The position numbers were made by a program, and so were the translations under genes. From contig NC_086108.1 in the NCBI RefSeq assembly GCF_963921235.1, positions 21,204,001 to 21,268,000 of the forward strand: a DNA stretch of 64,000 nucleotides, in the 5' to 3' direction. Positions 1 to 12,864 of the stretch are shown here, piece after piece (position 1 is the stretch's first letter; every line of letters starts with the position of its first letter). The stretch is from Mobula hypostoma. Taxonomy: Eukaryota. The notes beneath the pieces were generated by a model. It saw only the letters and a list, made by a program, of their open reading frames with translations. It searched no databases and was not told the DNA's origin.

Positions 1-349
1 CAGGTGGTGTGGGCTTTCACGTTGACCAAGGGCCCAGCGCATGAGTGACAGAGAAGTTCAAGATGAGTTCCAACTTATGCACATTTGACTGTTTAATTAG
101 AATGGGCCCTTTCCTTTTCATTTTTTTTACTAACCCTTTAGTTAAGATTCATAAATATAATTCCTTTAATCGTATGCAGTGTACTGTCTCTTATTTTGTG
201 GCACTAATTTGTAACAGGGTAGCAAATTACACAGCATCCACACAAATTGGGGTTTGGGATGGGACGTGCTGTCTCAATCTCGTGAGTTTGGTGTGACTTG
301 AGAGTGTCTTCCCTGGACTTGCGCAGCCAAGGAAACCAGGGTGTTTCAG

Positions 350-1870
350 TAGTAATGAGAAGGGAGAATTTCCTGAACAGTGAGGGTCCTTAATGATGGA
401 TGCCACCTTCTTGAGACACTGCTTTTTGAAGATGTCCTCAATGGTGGAGCTGGCTGAGTCTACTACCTTCTGAAGTCTCTAACAGTTCAGGTATTGGCAC
501 CTCCACACCAGTGATGCAACCTATCAGATGCTCTAACATACATCTGTATAAATTTGCTAGAGTCTTTGGTGATATGTCAAATCTCCTCAAACTCCAAATG
601 AAGAATAGCTGCCGCAAGCCTGCTTTGTGATTGCATCAATATAATTGGCCCAGGTAGATCCTCTTAGATGTTGATGTCCAGGAACTTGAAATTGCTCATC
701 CTTTCCACCGCTGACTCTCAATAAGGATTAGAGAGACTTCTCCTAACTTTCCCTTACTGAATCCACAATCAGTTCCTTGGTTCTGTTGAGTGCAAGGTAG
801 TTATTAGGAATTACTGGAAGTTGGAAAATCGTGATGACATGAACATCAATTTCAATATCTTCCAATCATTTCTACTCCCTCCCGTCTTCTCATTTTCCAT
901 TCCATATTCTAGTTACCCTTTCTCTTCTCCTCACCAGTCCATCACTTCCCTCTGGTTTCCCTAATCCCTTCCCTTTCTTCCATAGTCCACTGTACTCTCC
1001 TGTTAGATTCCACCTTCTTCAGCCCTTTACCTTTTCTACAAATCACCATCCAACTTCTTACTTCATCCCTCACCTGGTTTTACTTATTACCTTCACCTCC
1101 CACCACCTTCTTATTCTGGCTTCTTCCCCCTTCCTTTCCAGTCCTGATGACTATTTATTCCCCTCCATAGATGCTGCCTGACTTGCTGAGTGCCTCCAAC
1201 ATTTTGTGAGTGTTGCTCTAGATTTCCAGCATCTGCAGATCCCTTGTGTTTGTGGGTATGATTGATGCCCTTCTGAAGCAGATGGGAACCTCCAACTACA
1301 GCAGTAAGATGTTGAAGATGTCCTTGAACACTCTTGCTAGTTAGTTGAAACAGGTTTTTGGTACCCTGCCAGGTATACAATCAAGGCCTATTGCCTTGCA
1401 AGGATTGACCCGCTTGGAAGAAGTTCTGACATTGGCCTCCAAGACAGAGAGGATAGGGTCACCATAAACTGGGGATTTGTACAGGTGTATATTTATTCTT
1501 CCTTTTAAAGTATGAAGCTCATCAGGGGGTGAAGAATCACTGCCAATTATGCTGTTACATTTTGCCTTTTAGGAAGTAATGACTGCAAACCCTGCCACAG
1601 CAGATGCACATCCGATCGTGTGTCTCTAACTTCACATGGCATTGCCTTTTTGCTGTTACAATGGCCTCTGTAGGTCATACCTGGACTTCTAATAGGATTC
1701 TGGATTGCCATCCTTAAACATTACAGATATAGCCCTCCCAAGGCTGAATCTCCTTGTTCATTCACAGATTCTGGTTAGGGTATGTAGGATTTGTCTTGAA
1801 AGCACACACTCAGTTATGCAAGTCTTGATGAAGTTGATGACTTCAGATTTGAAGATGAATTCATGAATTT
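350..1870 (-). mobile_element. Decayed Rex1/Babar-like fragments, split by a Penelope fragment
   Basis: Similar to the other Rex1-like copies, for example atgatggatgccaccttc. Boundaries approximate. Confidence 0.5.
820..1250 (+). mobile_element. Penelope-like 3' fragment
   Basis: Pyrimidine-rich spacer, then ccagtcctgatga (hammerhead core with an internal deletion), then the atagatgctgcctgacttgctgag...ccagcatctgcag terminus shared with other copies. Confidence 0.7.
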
Positions 1871-2179
1871 TGTTCAACGCCGTGGTGGGAGGGAAATGTT
1901 GGGGAGAAGGGACCATGGTCCTCTGTGTGTGTGGACAATGACACTTGATGGTCCGGCCTGATTGAGTCCTACAGCAAATGGCTTAAATCCATTGGGAAGT
2001 AAGGGACAACCAGAGGGGACAGTGTGCAATCAGTGTGGGATGAGGTTTTCTGCATCCTGAACATTGGAAACTGAAGCCGGCAGATGCTGTATGAAAGGCA
2101 CAGATATCAGAATGAAAACTCTTTCATCACATCTCACAGACAGATTCAGTTCATTGTGCTCCTTTAGTCTTTCAGAGTA

Positions 2180-3207
2180 TTCAGCCTACTTGGAGGAACA
2201 TGATAAAATAGGCAAATGTCAGCATGGTTTCCTTGAGGGGAAATCTTGTCTGACAAATCTGATCTTGATTCTGTTTCAGTTTCTGGCATGGCTCTGAAGG
2301 CCTGGAAAATTGCAAATGTCACTCCACTCTTTGAGAAGGAATACCACTAGTCACCAACAGCCAACCAGAATAAGCCCCCTTTATTCCCACTTATTGCCTC
2401 CTGCCAGTCAGCTAATCTCCTGTCCATGCTAGTACCTTTCCTTTAATACTATGGGCGAAATAGTATTGAGGGGAAATCTTGTCTGACAAATCCCTGGAGC
2501 GTAGAAGAATGAGGGGAGATTTGATAGAGGTATATAAAATTATGATGGGTGTAGATAGAGTGAAAGCAAGCAGGCTTTTTCCACTGAGACAAGGGGAGAA
2601 AAAAACCAGAGGACATGGGTTAAGGGTTACGGGGGAAAAGTTTAAGGGGAATATTAGGGGGGGCTTCTTCACACAGAGGGTGGTGGGAGTATGGAATGAG
2701 CTGCCAGACGAGGTGGTAAATGCGGGTTCTTCTTAACATTTAAGAATAAATTGGACAGATACATGGATAGGAGGTGTATGGAGGGATATGGTCCGTATGC
2801 AAGTCAGTGGGACTAGGCAGAAAATGGTTCGGCACGGCCAAGAAGGGCCAAAAGGCCTGTTTCTGTGCTGTAGTTTTTCTATGGTTTCTATGATGGATGT
2901 CTCTGAGGAAATAACAAGCAGGACAGACAAAGGAGAGTCAGTGGATGTTGTTTACTTGGATTTTCAGAAAGTTGTTGACAAGGTGTCGCACATGAATCTG
3001 CTATACAAAATTTGAGCCCATAATATTAAAGGAAAGGTACTAGCATGGATAGGAGATTAGCTGACTGGCAGGAGGCAATTAGTGGGAATAAAGGGGGCTT
3101 ATTCTGGTTGGCTGTTGGTGACTAGTGGTATTCCTTCTCAAAGAGTGGAGTGACACTTGCAATTTTCCAGGCTTTCAGAGCCATGCCAGAACTGAAACAG
3201 AATCAAG
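2180..3207. mobile_element. Rearranged CR1 fragments, including a young 3' end at 2493-2890
   Basis: Peptides QHGFLEGKSCLTNL, LERRRMRGDLIEVYKIM and VYLDFQK. ttctatggtttctatg tail. Inverted duplication described in findings. Confidence 0.8.
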
Positions 3208-5066
3208 GCAGACAATCAGAACAAACCAAGAACTTCAAAGGTTCAAAGGTACAAAGGTACAATTTAATGTCAGAGAAATGTGTACAATATACATCCTGAA
3301 ATGCTTTTTCTTTGCAACCATCCACGAAAACAGAGAATTGTCCCAAAGACTGAACAATAGTTAAATGTGAGAAGCCCAAAGTCCCCCCCAGCTTCCCCCC
3401 CCCACGTGTAAGTGGCAGCAAGGCAATGATTCCCCCCGCCCCCAGCAAAAGAAAGCACACCCACTACTGAGCACAAACGTGAGCTAGGCAATAGCAAAGA
3501 CACAGACCTTGTAGTTACCCCAAAGACTATTGCATTTCATTCAGCATTTGACAAACTACAGGTTCTCTCTCTCCCTATAAGGGACAGAGAGGTGTCCCCC
3601 ATTTTCACAGTGAGTGGAAGACATAACAACAACCTGCTGGTTTATGATGTTAAAAAGTCCTTTTAATGACATATTGTAAATTATTGACATCAGCACAACT
3701 TAACTGCTCCTCTTCAAATGTGATCTTTTTTTATTTTATACGTTCCTGGGAAGGAACTTGATTTAATATTTCATCCAGAAGACAACAGAGAACCACCCAC
3801 TCAGTTTTACACTAGAGCTTATGCTGAAGTCTTTCAAGTGGGACCACTTGGACTCATTAACTTCTGATTGAGAGCTAAGGATGCAAACTTAAAATGCCAA
3901 AGCAGCAACTCAACACACTTTCCTTTGTATGTTACAGCTTTAATTGAGCACTGTTCTGTGCTGCCAGGTAACTTTACAGCTGCGTAGAAGAATCACTAAA
4001 AAACATGAAATCATAAAAATGCTCAGCAAGTCAGGCATTATGAAAGGAAACGACAGAGTAACAGACAAGGAAAACTCTCATAGAAATAAAGGGTGAATTC
4101 CTTCTGTGGTGAAATAAATATATTTAGCGTCTCATGTCAATAACCTTTCATCAGAACTGGAAAACTGAGAATACAGGCATGTTTTAACTTGTTGCGAAGT
4201 TGGAGTGATGGAAAAAAAAATGGATGTAATATCTATGATAGGGCGGCAACCAAGAGAGGTCGAATAACAGAAGTGGTATGGACTAAGAGGGCAGTAAAAT
4301 CTTGCCTATCACATTAACAGAGAGAGAAGAGTGAGGACAGAGAGGGGAAAAGGGAAAAAAATCACTGTTGGAATTCCACAATGAAAAATAAAATAAAATA
4401 AAATGCTGGTAAAACTCAGGATGACAGGCAGCACCTGTGGAGGGACAAAAATCTGTTGATGTTGAAGCTGATTGTCTCCCATCAGAATGGACTAGTTCAA
4501 CACAAACAGGCAAGGCAGATGTCAAGTTGTTCAATGTCATATTAATTCCCAAGTGCTGACAAAAGATGAGGTGCTAGACTGTAAGCATAGATTTGGTTTT
4601 GGTGTGACAGAGAGGTCAGTTTGGAAATGACAGCAACTGCAAGCTGAGGGTCACCTTTCGGAACTGAAAAGAGGTTTCCTGCACAATTTACCCAATATAC
4701 CTTTGATTATCCAATGTAACAGACACTACACAATGAGCAATGGATGTAGGACACTAAATTGGAGGAAAGTGGCGGTGATTCACTGTGTTACCTGGCAGGG
4801 ATGGTACTGCATTTCCTGCAATAGTGCAGGGAAGTGCTGTGAAAATGGATATGGCTGTTGTTCGAATGAAAGAGAACCAGGGAGTTGTGGATGGAATGGT
4901 GTAGGAGAGGAGAATGACCTATCTGGTGGGGACCACTCATTAAAAATGGCAGAAATTGTAGATAATGATCTGTTGAATATGGAGGCTAGTGGAACGGAAG
5001 GGGAAGATAAGAGGAGCCCTGTTCTTGCTCTGATTGGGAGAAGAAGGGCGGGAAATGGAGCAGACA

Positions 5067-5808
5067 ACAGGAATTCTGCAGATGCTGGAAATTCAAGCAA
5101 CACACATCAAAGTTGCTGGTGAATGCAGCAGGCCAGGTAGCATCTCTAGGAAGAGGTACAGTCGACGTTTCAGGCCGAGACCCTTCGTCAGGACTAACTG
5201 AAGGAAGAGTGAGTAAGAGATTTGAAAGTTGGAGGGGGAGGGGGAGATCCAAAATGATAGGAGAAGACAGGAGGGGGAGGGATGGAGCCAAGAGCTGGAC
5301 AGGTGATTGGCAAAAGGGATACGAGAGGATCATGGGACAGGAGGTCTGGGAAGAAAGACAGTGGCGGGGGGACCCAGAGGATGGGCAAGGGGTATATTCA
5401 GAGGGACAGAGGGAGAAAAAGGAGAGTGAGAGAAAGAATGTGTGTATAAAAATAAATAACAGATGGGGTATGAGGGGGAGGTGGGGCATTAGCGGAAGTT
5501 AGAGAAGTCGATGTTCATGCCATCAGGTTGGAGGCTACCTCAGACGGAATATAAGGTGTTGTTCCTCCAACCTGAGTGTGGCTTCATCTTTATAGTAGAG
5601 GAGGCCGTGGATAGACATGTCAGAATGGGAATGGGAAAACGTGTGGCCACTGGGAGATCCTGCTTTCTCTGGCGGACAGAGCGTAGGTGTTCAGCAAAGC
5701 GGTCTCCCAGTCTGCGTCGGGTCTCACCAATATATAAAAGGCCACATCAGGAGCACCGGACGCAGTATATCACCCCAGCCGACTCACAGGTGAAGTGTCG
5801 CCTCACCT
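5067..5808 (-). mobile_element. Young 5'-truncated Penelope-like element (GIY-YIG C-terminus plus terminal repeat with hammerhead)
   Basis: Minus strand 5808-5640 translates to FQVRRHFTCESAGVIYCVRCS*CGLLYIGETRRRLGDRFAEH (GIY-YIG). 16-bp TSD ggaaatggagcagaca at 5051-5066 and 5809-5824. Confidence 0.85.
5160..5195 (-). ncRNA. Minimal type-I hammerhead ribozyme (Penelope-associated), intact core
   Basis: Minus strand reads AGUC-CUGACGA-AGG(GUCUCGG)CCU-GAAA-CGUC^GACU. Stem I is AGUC/GACU, the core is CUGANGA/GAAA, stem III is reduced to the palindrome ACGU, and the cleavage triplet is GUC. Confidence 0.8.
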
Positions 5809-7789
5809 GGAAATGGAGCAGACATGGTTGGAAATCCTGGCAACTCTGAAAGACATGTTAAAGGGAAAGGAATAACCTCAGAAACACCTGTATGGAAGTC
5901 TTGTCAGAACAGATACAACAAAGATACTGAAATTGAGAGAGTTGAATGGAGTCCTAAAAGGAAACAGGATGGGAGGAAATGTAGTTAAAATAAATCTGGG
6001 ATTCCGTGAGCTTGAAATGAATTTTAGTTGGTAACCTAACCCTGAGATGGAGGTAGGGAAGTGATAGGGATGAACAATGTGAACATGAGAATTAGCTGCA
6101 ATGGTGATGAAATTTCTGAGTTCTGTATGAATGCAAGAAACAACATCAATACAGCAATTATTATACCAGTAAAAGCAATGAGGGAGGAGATAATTTGGAA
6201 CAAGAACTGACCCACATAACCAAAGGGACATGCGTAGCTTGGGTTCTCTCTAGTTCCATAGCTACATCTTTAAAACAGAGATTATTCAATTTAAGAACAA
6301 TTTCAGGCCTGCAAATGCGAGTGATGATGGAGGAGGACTGGTTGTGCCAACCTCTATCTTTCTTCAAGGAAGATGGTAAGCAGGTCGCCAGGCCACCCAG
6401 TGTAAGATGAAGGTGAAGAGAGATTTGCTATACATGGTGAAGAAGAGCTACTGTGAGCAGGAAACTGTTAAAGTGGGAGAGGAGGTCAATTGAGTAATGG
6501 ATGTAGATAGGAGGAAATCAAACAAGGAGAGAAGGAATAGAGTCAAGGTAGGAAATGCATGTAAATAGGGTCTCAGTGCTGGCGATGCTGGTCCAGGGAG
6601 AGAACACCAACATTGGTTTATCCTTACAGAAGGTACAGAGGTTTCTATAGAGACAGTGATGATAATATCTCTCCTGTGCTTTGAGGTGTCTGCTGCAGCT
6701 CAGTCATGACACAAATGTACGGGACAGTAGGGATCATTGATGCCTCGTAGAGCATGTGCTTTTGCTGGGTTTGAGGTGTGATGCTCCTTAAATGCTATCA
6801 TAAATGTAGACAAGCATTCTTGGTGAGACCAATTTTCAGATATATTAAGCGATGGTATCTCATAGACTCATAAAGAAACACCTATTCTAGCAACGTATGT
6901 CTGTTTACCATGTTCCCTCCAAAGTAATAAAAAATCCTTGCATACACTTCTGATTTGAACAAAGTCACACACCAACCTGAATATCACACTGCATCATAGG
7001 TGATGGATTAATTATATCCTCCAGACTGAGTGTTGCTTCACCACGTGGAACATCACATTTCACACTGCATGGTGAAACTGGCAGAACAGCCCAAAGCAGG
7101 CAGATTTAAAATCCTGCACACACTCCTGTTTTACATAAAGTTTCCTGATTTCTGGCAGGTGTAGTGGCTCTGCATGCCTTCACAAGGGATCACTTCTTGA
7201 CCATATAAAATGCATCACTCAAAAGACAAGTGCCTTAATATTGAGAATATGGTCCACGTGAACCGAGACCAGTTTTGATCATTTAAAGGGTTTAGAGAGG
7301 AAATACCATTTTTTTTCCTTCACTGATCCTGGGTTTTCTTTGACTTTTTGTTTTGCCTCTCTTAAGAAATTGTCCAGCTGTGGTGAGCAAGGTCATGGTT
7401 GCAGAGATGAGAGAAAAATAAGAGGGAGGCAAAGAGAAGATGTAGGCAGTCTCTTTCTGAAGAACAAGGCAGATGTAATGGATTAGCTGGCCTTTTCCTG
7501 CCCTACAGTTTTGAACTTTCAAATTAAACCCTGCTGATAACTGATTTCAGAAGTAAAACAGAGTAAACAGGAAAATCAGTTGTCCTTCGCATCAGTGGAA
7601 TTCCTTCTTTTGAACCTGTTTCAGGTTCACTGGCCTGAACATTAACTTCGTTGTTTTTTTCAGACCACATTCTGATCTGTTATTTTTTGGCATCTTCACT
7701 TTACAGTTCACCCAAATTGCTGATGTGGGTTCCTCAACATTTCTTAAAATATTCTTCCCAGCTAGATATTTGCATAATGATACTTGACC

Positions 7790-7858
7790 AGCCAGTTGTG
7801 TAGTGGCATCAGCACTGGACTTTGAGGCAGTTAGTTCTGAGTTCAAATCCGGCCGGGT
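7790..7858 (+). mobile_element. tRNA-derived SINE head
   Basis: A-box-like TGTAGTGG and B-box GAGTTCAAATCC at tRNA-like spacing. The stems are imperfect, so this is not a functional tRNA. Confidence 0.55.
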
Positions 7859-7859
7859 G

Positions 7860-8460
7860 CAAAGAAAGCACAACAGTGCCTCTACTTCCTCAGGAGTCTG
7901 CAAAGGTTTAGCATGTCATTGAAAACCTTGATAAACTTCTCTAGATGTGTGGTGTACAGTGGGCAGACTGGCCGCATTAACGGCCTGGTACAGGAACACC
8001 AATGCCTTCGAGTGGAAAATCCTACAAAAGATAATGGATTTGGCCCAGTGCATCACGGGTAAAACCCTCCCAACCATTGAGTACATCTGCATGAAACATT
8101 GCCATAGAAAAGCAGCATTCATCATCAAAGATCCTCACCACCCAGTCCATCCTCTTGTCTTGCTGCTGCTATCAGGTAGGAGGTACAGGTGCTTCAGGAC
8201 TCACCTCACCATGTTCAAGAATAGTTACTGCCCCTCAACCATCAGACTCTTGAACAAAAGGGGATAGCTACACTCAGTTAAGGACCCTGTTACATTGTTA
8301 TTTCATGCTCATTATTTAATGCTATTTATTTATATCATGCATTTGCACAGTTTGTTTACAGTTTACAGTTCCTGGTCTATAGATATGCTCACAGAGAAAG
8401 AATCTCAGGGTTGTATGTGGTGACAGGCATGTATTCTGATAATAAATTTTACTTTGACCT
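7860..8460 (+). mobile_element. Rex1/Babar-like LINE 3' fragment
   Basis: Peptide TAWY...IIKDPHHP..LLSGRRYR...FKNSYCPSTIRLLN; aataaattttactttga tail. Confidence 0.7.
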
Positions 8461-9812
8461 TTGGATATCTACACTATCCATGAATCGACGACGAGTTGAT
8501 GGCACTCAACAACAATAAATGACCGTAGCAGCACTAATATTTTAAAAATCAAACCAGCAGCACAGGAGAAATTGAGAAGTTTGGCAAATTAAAACTGATT
8601 ACCATCTCTCTTGTCAAAGATTGCAGCAGCATCTCCCTTTGTATTTTGTGAAGCCGAGATGGCCAAAGCTATAGTCCCACAAATTCCATGTGTCAATTCT
8701 CAAGCAGCAAACTCCAGTAGCCTTTCCCTGCTTGATCTTATCTACATTTTTTAAATGATGCCCACCCACATAGAAAAGATCTTTATTTTGTCTTTTCTTA
8801 GAGCCCTGGGCTACTGTCCTGATAATTTTTCAGTGAAAACAAGCTATAGAAGTAAAGCAAGTAAACAACAAACAAGCAAGCTAACAATTGGAATTAGACA
8901 TTTATTGCTATTTTCATTCTCACTTTCTGATTAAATTACATATGACCTGAACTTCAAAAATCATTTTATATTTGCATCTGTGACTTCACACATTGTACTA
9001 TTGTATAGCAAATAGACACCCTATCTTTTCAAATTATGAGCAATTGAGTGTAAGGCAGTTCACTCACACTGTAAAGGCGCATATACTATTTGTGGAATGG
9101 CAAAATTGGTCATTGGTAAGTGGCTCTCAATTGTTGCATCCCGAGAGAGAGTAAAAATTTTTGTTTCCATGTCAACCAGATGATCATTCCATACATAAAT
9201 ATATCAAAGTAGCACAGAACGAAAAAAGACACAGAATATAGTGTTTCAGTTACAGAGAAGGTGCTATGTAGTGTGCAAGGGCCACGGTGAGGAAGATTGA
9301 GAGATCATCTTTATTGTATAAGAGTTCTGTTCAATAAAAATTATACAAAGTGAAAAAATTAACCTCTCTATAAAACATTTATTAGCTGAACCTATTAAAG
9401 GTCTTTTAACTTCAGAACATGGCCATAAACAGGCCATCAACTCCGTTATGAATTCTCTTATAATTTCCCCCATTGACTCCAGTGAAAAGGAAAGTTGGGC
9501 AGTGAGTATCAGGGTTGCCAAGAAAATATCACCTTCAGGGAGATATAATTACCAGCAGAGTGACTAGGCCATTGAAAGCCATCAGAGCCGGTGCTGGTTT
9601 TAAAGCCAAAACTTGCAGTGAAAAAGAATCAAGAGAGCAACTTTGATGAATCAGTAATTTCTTTTCTTCTTCATACCTCATCTATCACATGCATTGTTTC
9701 TGTCAGCAAGACTACCTGTTAGTGCTATTATGTTCAAGTAAGATTACACGTGTAAGTGGGCTATGACTGTACAACACACAATATGTCAAACTCCTACACT
9801 CAGATGAATCTA

Positions 9813-12078
9813 TTGAGCACCCCTTATCCAAAATGTTTGGAGCCAGAAGTGTTTTGGGTTTTGGATTTTAAAATACTTGCATCTATATAATGAGAGACCC
9901 TGGGGAATAGACCCAAATCTAAATATGGAATCCATTTACATTACAAATACAGCTTATACCCTAAAGGTAGTTTTATAAATTACTTCTATTAATTTTGTGC
10001 ATGAAACAATAATGTTGACATCGAACAATCAGAAAAGTAAGCTATCACTGCCCAGGTGGACAGTCAGTTGCCATTTGGCACCTGCATCATTCCTGACTCT
10101 GAATTCATGTGCAGCTTTTGTCTTATACTTATTCATCAAACATATGTACTGATACACACAATCTGCTGGAGGAACTCAGCAGGCCAGGCAGCATCTATGG
10201 GAAAGAGTAAACTGTCGATGATTCAGGCCGAGACCTTTATCAGGACTGGAAAAAAGAGTTGAGAAATCAGAGTCAGAAGGTGGGGGAGGAGAGGAAGAGG
10301 TACAAGGTAGTGGGTGACAGGAGAAACCAGGAGAGGGGGAGTGGTGAAGTAAAGAGCTGGGAGGTCGATTCGTGAAAGAGGTTGAAAGCGCTGGAGAAGG
10401 GGGATCTGATAGGAGAGGACAGAAGGCTATGGAAGAAAAGGAAGGGGGAGGAGCACTAGAAGGATGTGATGGGCAGGCAAAGAGTTAAGATGAGAGACAG
10501 AAACAGGAATGGGGAATGGTGAAGGAGAAAGGGGGTGGAAATTACTGGAAGTTTGAGAAATTGAAGTCATTAGGTTGGAGGTTAATCAGTCAGAATTTAA
10601 GGTGTTGCTCCTCCAACCTGAGTGTGGCCTCTTTGCTGCAATAGAGGAGGCCATGGGCTGATACATTGGAATAGAAATGGGTGGCCACTGGGAGATCCCG
10701 CTTTTTCAGGCAGCTGGAGCACAGGTGCTCGGTAAAGCAGTCTCACAATCTATGTCAGGTCTCATCGATATACAGGAGGCTACACTGGGAGCACCGGATA
10801 CAGTAGATGGCCCCAACAGATTCACAGGTGAAGTGTGGCCTCAGCTGTTTCGGGCCCTGAATGGTAGTGAGGGGGCAGGTGTGGCACTTGTTCTGCTTGC
10901 AAGGGTAAGTGCCAGGAGGGAGGTCAGTGGGCTGGGACAAATGGACAAGGGAGTACCATAGGGAGCGATCCCTGTGGAACGCAGAAAGTGGGGAAGGGGA
11001 GGGAAAAGCGTTCTTGGTGGTGGGATCCCTTTCCGATGGCGTAAGTTATGAAGTATTATGTGCTGGACACGGAGGCTGATGAGGTGGTAAGTGAGTACAA
11101 AAGGTTTATAAAAGTTATCAGTGGATAAACTGAGCAGATGTAGATTGAGAGACTGCTTTGCCAAGAACTTGCACTCCGTCCATCAAAGAAAATGGGATCT
11201 CCTGGTGGTCAGACATGACAGCCCATGGCCTCCTCTGCGGTTGCGATGAGGCCACACTCAGGTTGGAGATTTTCTCATGTATGTGCACTGATGCAGCCAT
11301 TCAGCATGTTACATTTTCATCAGCAATAATCTTGGCAAATTCAACAATAAAATTCTCCGCTGCTTCATGATTACCAGACGCCTTATCACCACATATCTTT
11401 AAACATTTAATGTTGCATCTTTTCTTAAATTTCTGCAACCAGCCTTCAGAAACAATCTTCTCTTGTTTCATGATCAGCATAACATTAAGCAGCATATGTT
11501 CATTCCAAGGCTTATGAATCCACTCTTTCAATACACAACCATGATCTTCATTTCTAATGAGCATCTGTTCATGACTTCCAGTTTGTCCTTCTGTTTCTTC
11601 AGACCATAGATAGTGGTCATTCCCACACCACACTCAAGTGTAAAAGATACTTTACACTTACACTGCTGTCAAGTTTTTCCAACAGCTTGGCTTTCTGTTA
11701 TAGAGAAACATAAATGCTTCCTCTTTTTCTTTTCATTACTACCCACAGGGTAACTGCAGGCCTTTTTAACATTTCCATCAATATCTTCACAGCACAGAGC
11801 AGAAATACGCACAAAACACCTGGTAATCACTGTGAGCCATGCACAAAAGTCTGGCTATGGTGTCTACTGAAAATAAACTGGTGCAAATAGGGCCCCATCA
11901 GGGTATATGAGATCACTCCTCAGAACTGAATGTGCGCACAAAGATCTGTGCATTGCCTGGGAATTTTCCCAGTGTCTTGTGGAATTTTCCATTTGTGACA
12001 TCATGTTAGCACTCAGGACAGTATTGGATTTTGGAGGTTTTTAGATTATGGATTTTCAAATAAGGTGTGCTTAACCTG
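9813..12078 (-). mobile_element. Tigger4/Zombi-like pogo DNA transposon, internally deleted
   Basis: TIR-like ends ttgagcaccccttatcc and aataaggtgtgcttaacctg|TA. CENP-B-type peptide GWLQKFKKRCNIKCLKICGDKASGNHEAAENFIVEFAKIIADENVT. Confidence 0.8.
10150..11267 (-). mobile_element. Penelope-like fragment with an inverted 5' piece, nested in the Tigger-like element
   Basis: ORF 10755-10940 reads PGTYPCK..CHTCP..FTCESVGAIYCIRCSQCSLLYIDET (GIY-YIG with Cys motif). 11150-11267 is an inverted copy of part of the same element. Confidence 0.8.
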
Positions 12079-12244
12079 TATTCCCTCAGTGTGAAACATA
12101 AAATCATCTTCAGTGCTCTTCGTCAACACATTTTTGCCATGTGATTAACATAAAATGCAGAACTTCCTCAGCTTACTTTATTCAATAATGCTGACTGTAT
12201 TAATATCAATACCTTTAAACCAAGATTATACACTAGTATATATT

Positions 12245-12750
12245 ACACACTGGCCACTTTATTAGGTGCACCTGTGCACATGCTCGTTAATGGAAATATC
12301 TAATAGTCAATCATATGGCAGCAACTCATTGCATAAAGCACGCAGACATGGTCAAGAGGTTCAGTTGTTATTTAGATAAAACATCTGAATGGGGAAGAAA
12401 TGTGATCTAAGTGACTTTGAGCGTGGAATAATTGTCAGAGCCAGATGGGGTGGATTGATTATCTCAGAAACTGCTGATCTCCTAGGATTTTCATGCATAA
12501 CAGGCTCTAGAGTTTACTGAGAACGGGGCAAAAAAAACCAAAAAAAAAAATCCAGTGAGCAGCAGTTCTGTGGGTGAAAATGGCTTGTTGATGAGAGGTC
12601 AGAGGAGAATGGCCAGTCTGGTTCAAGCCGACAGTAGCTCAAATAACCACCCATTATAACAGTGGTGTGCAGAAGAGCATCTTTGAATGGACACGTTGAA
12701 CCTTGAAGTGGGTGAGCTATAACACTCAGAGGCCTCTTTATTAGGTACAG
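12245..12750 (+). mobile_element. Tc1-like non-autonomous fragment
   Basis: End motif cactggccactttattagg, repeated at about 12722-12748. Decayed N-terminal transposase sequence (KKCDLSDFERG). Confidence 0.6.
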
Positions 12751-12864
12751 AACGTTTTTCTTTTGATAGAGGTTTGGGGTGGACATTCGGTGCCACTTTT
12801 GTACCCTATCAATGTACACTATCACAGCACTTCGTATCGCTCCTCAGTCAAAAATGGCCAATAA

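Larger units (their letters stand above)
4060..6620 (-). mobile_element. Older decayed Penelope-like element, interrupted by the younger copy
   Basis: Degenerate RT-like peptide (IVLKLNNLCF), decayed GIY-YIG region at about 4600-4830, and a degenerate hammerhead-like CTGATGA...GAGAC at about 4130-4160. Boundaries approximate. Confidence 0.5.

Noticed and set aside
4986..5502. Long overlapping ORFs (Pro/Leu/Ser-rich and Gly/Arg-rich), repeated at 13735 and 35409-36220
   Set aside because: By-products of the low-complexity purine/pyrimidine spacer in Penelope termini; no protein motifs.
7790..7858. tRNA gene
   Set aside because: A and B boxes are present but the cloverleaf stems are imperfect and it abuts LINE sequence. 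Treated as a SINE head.
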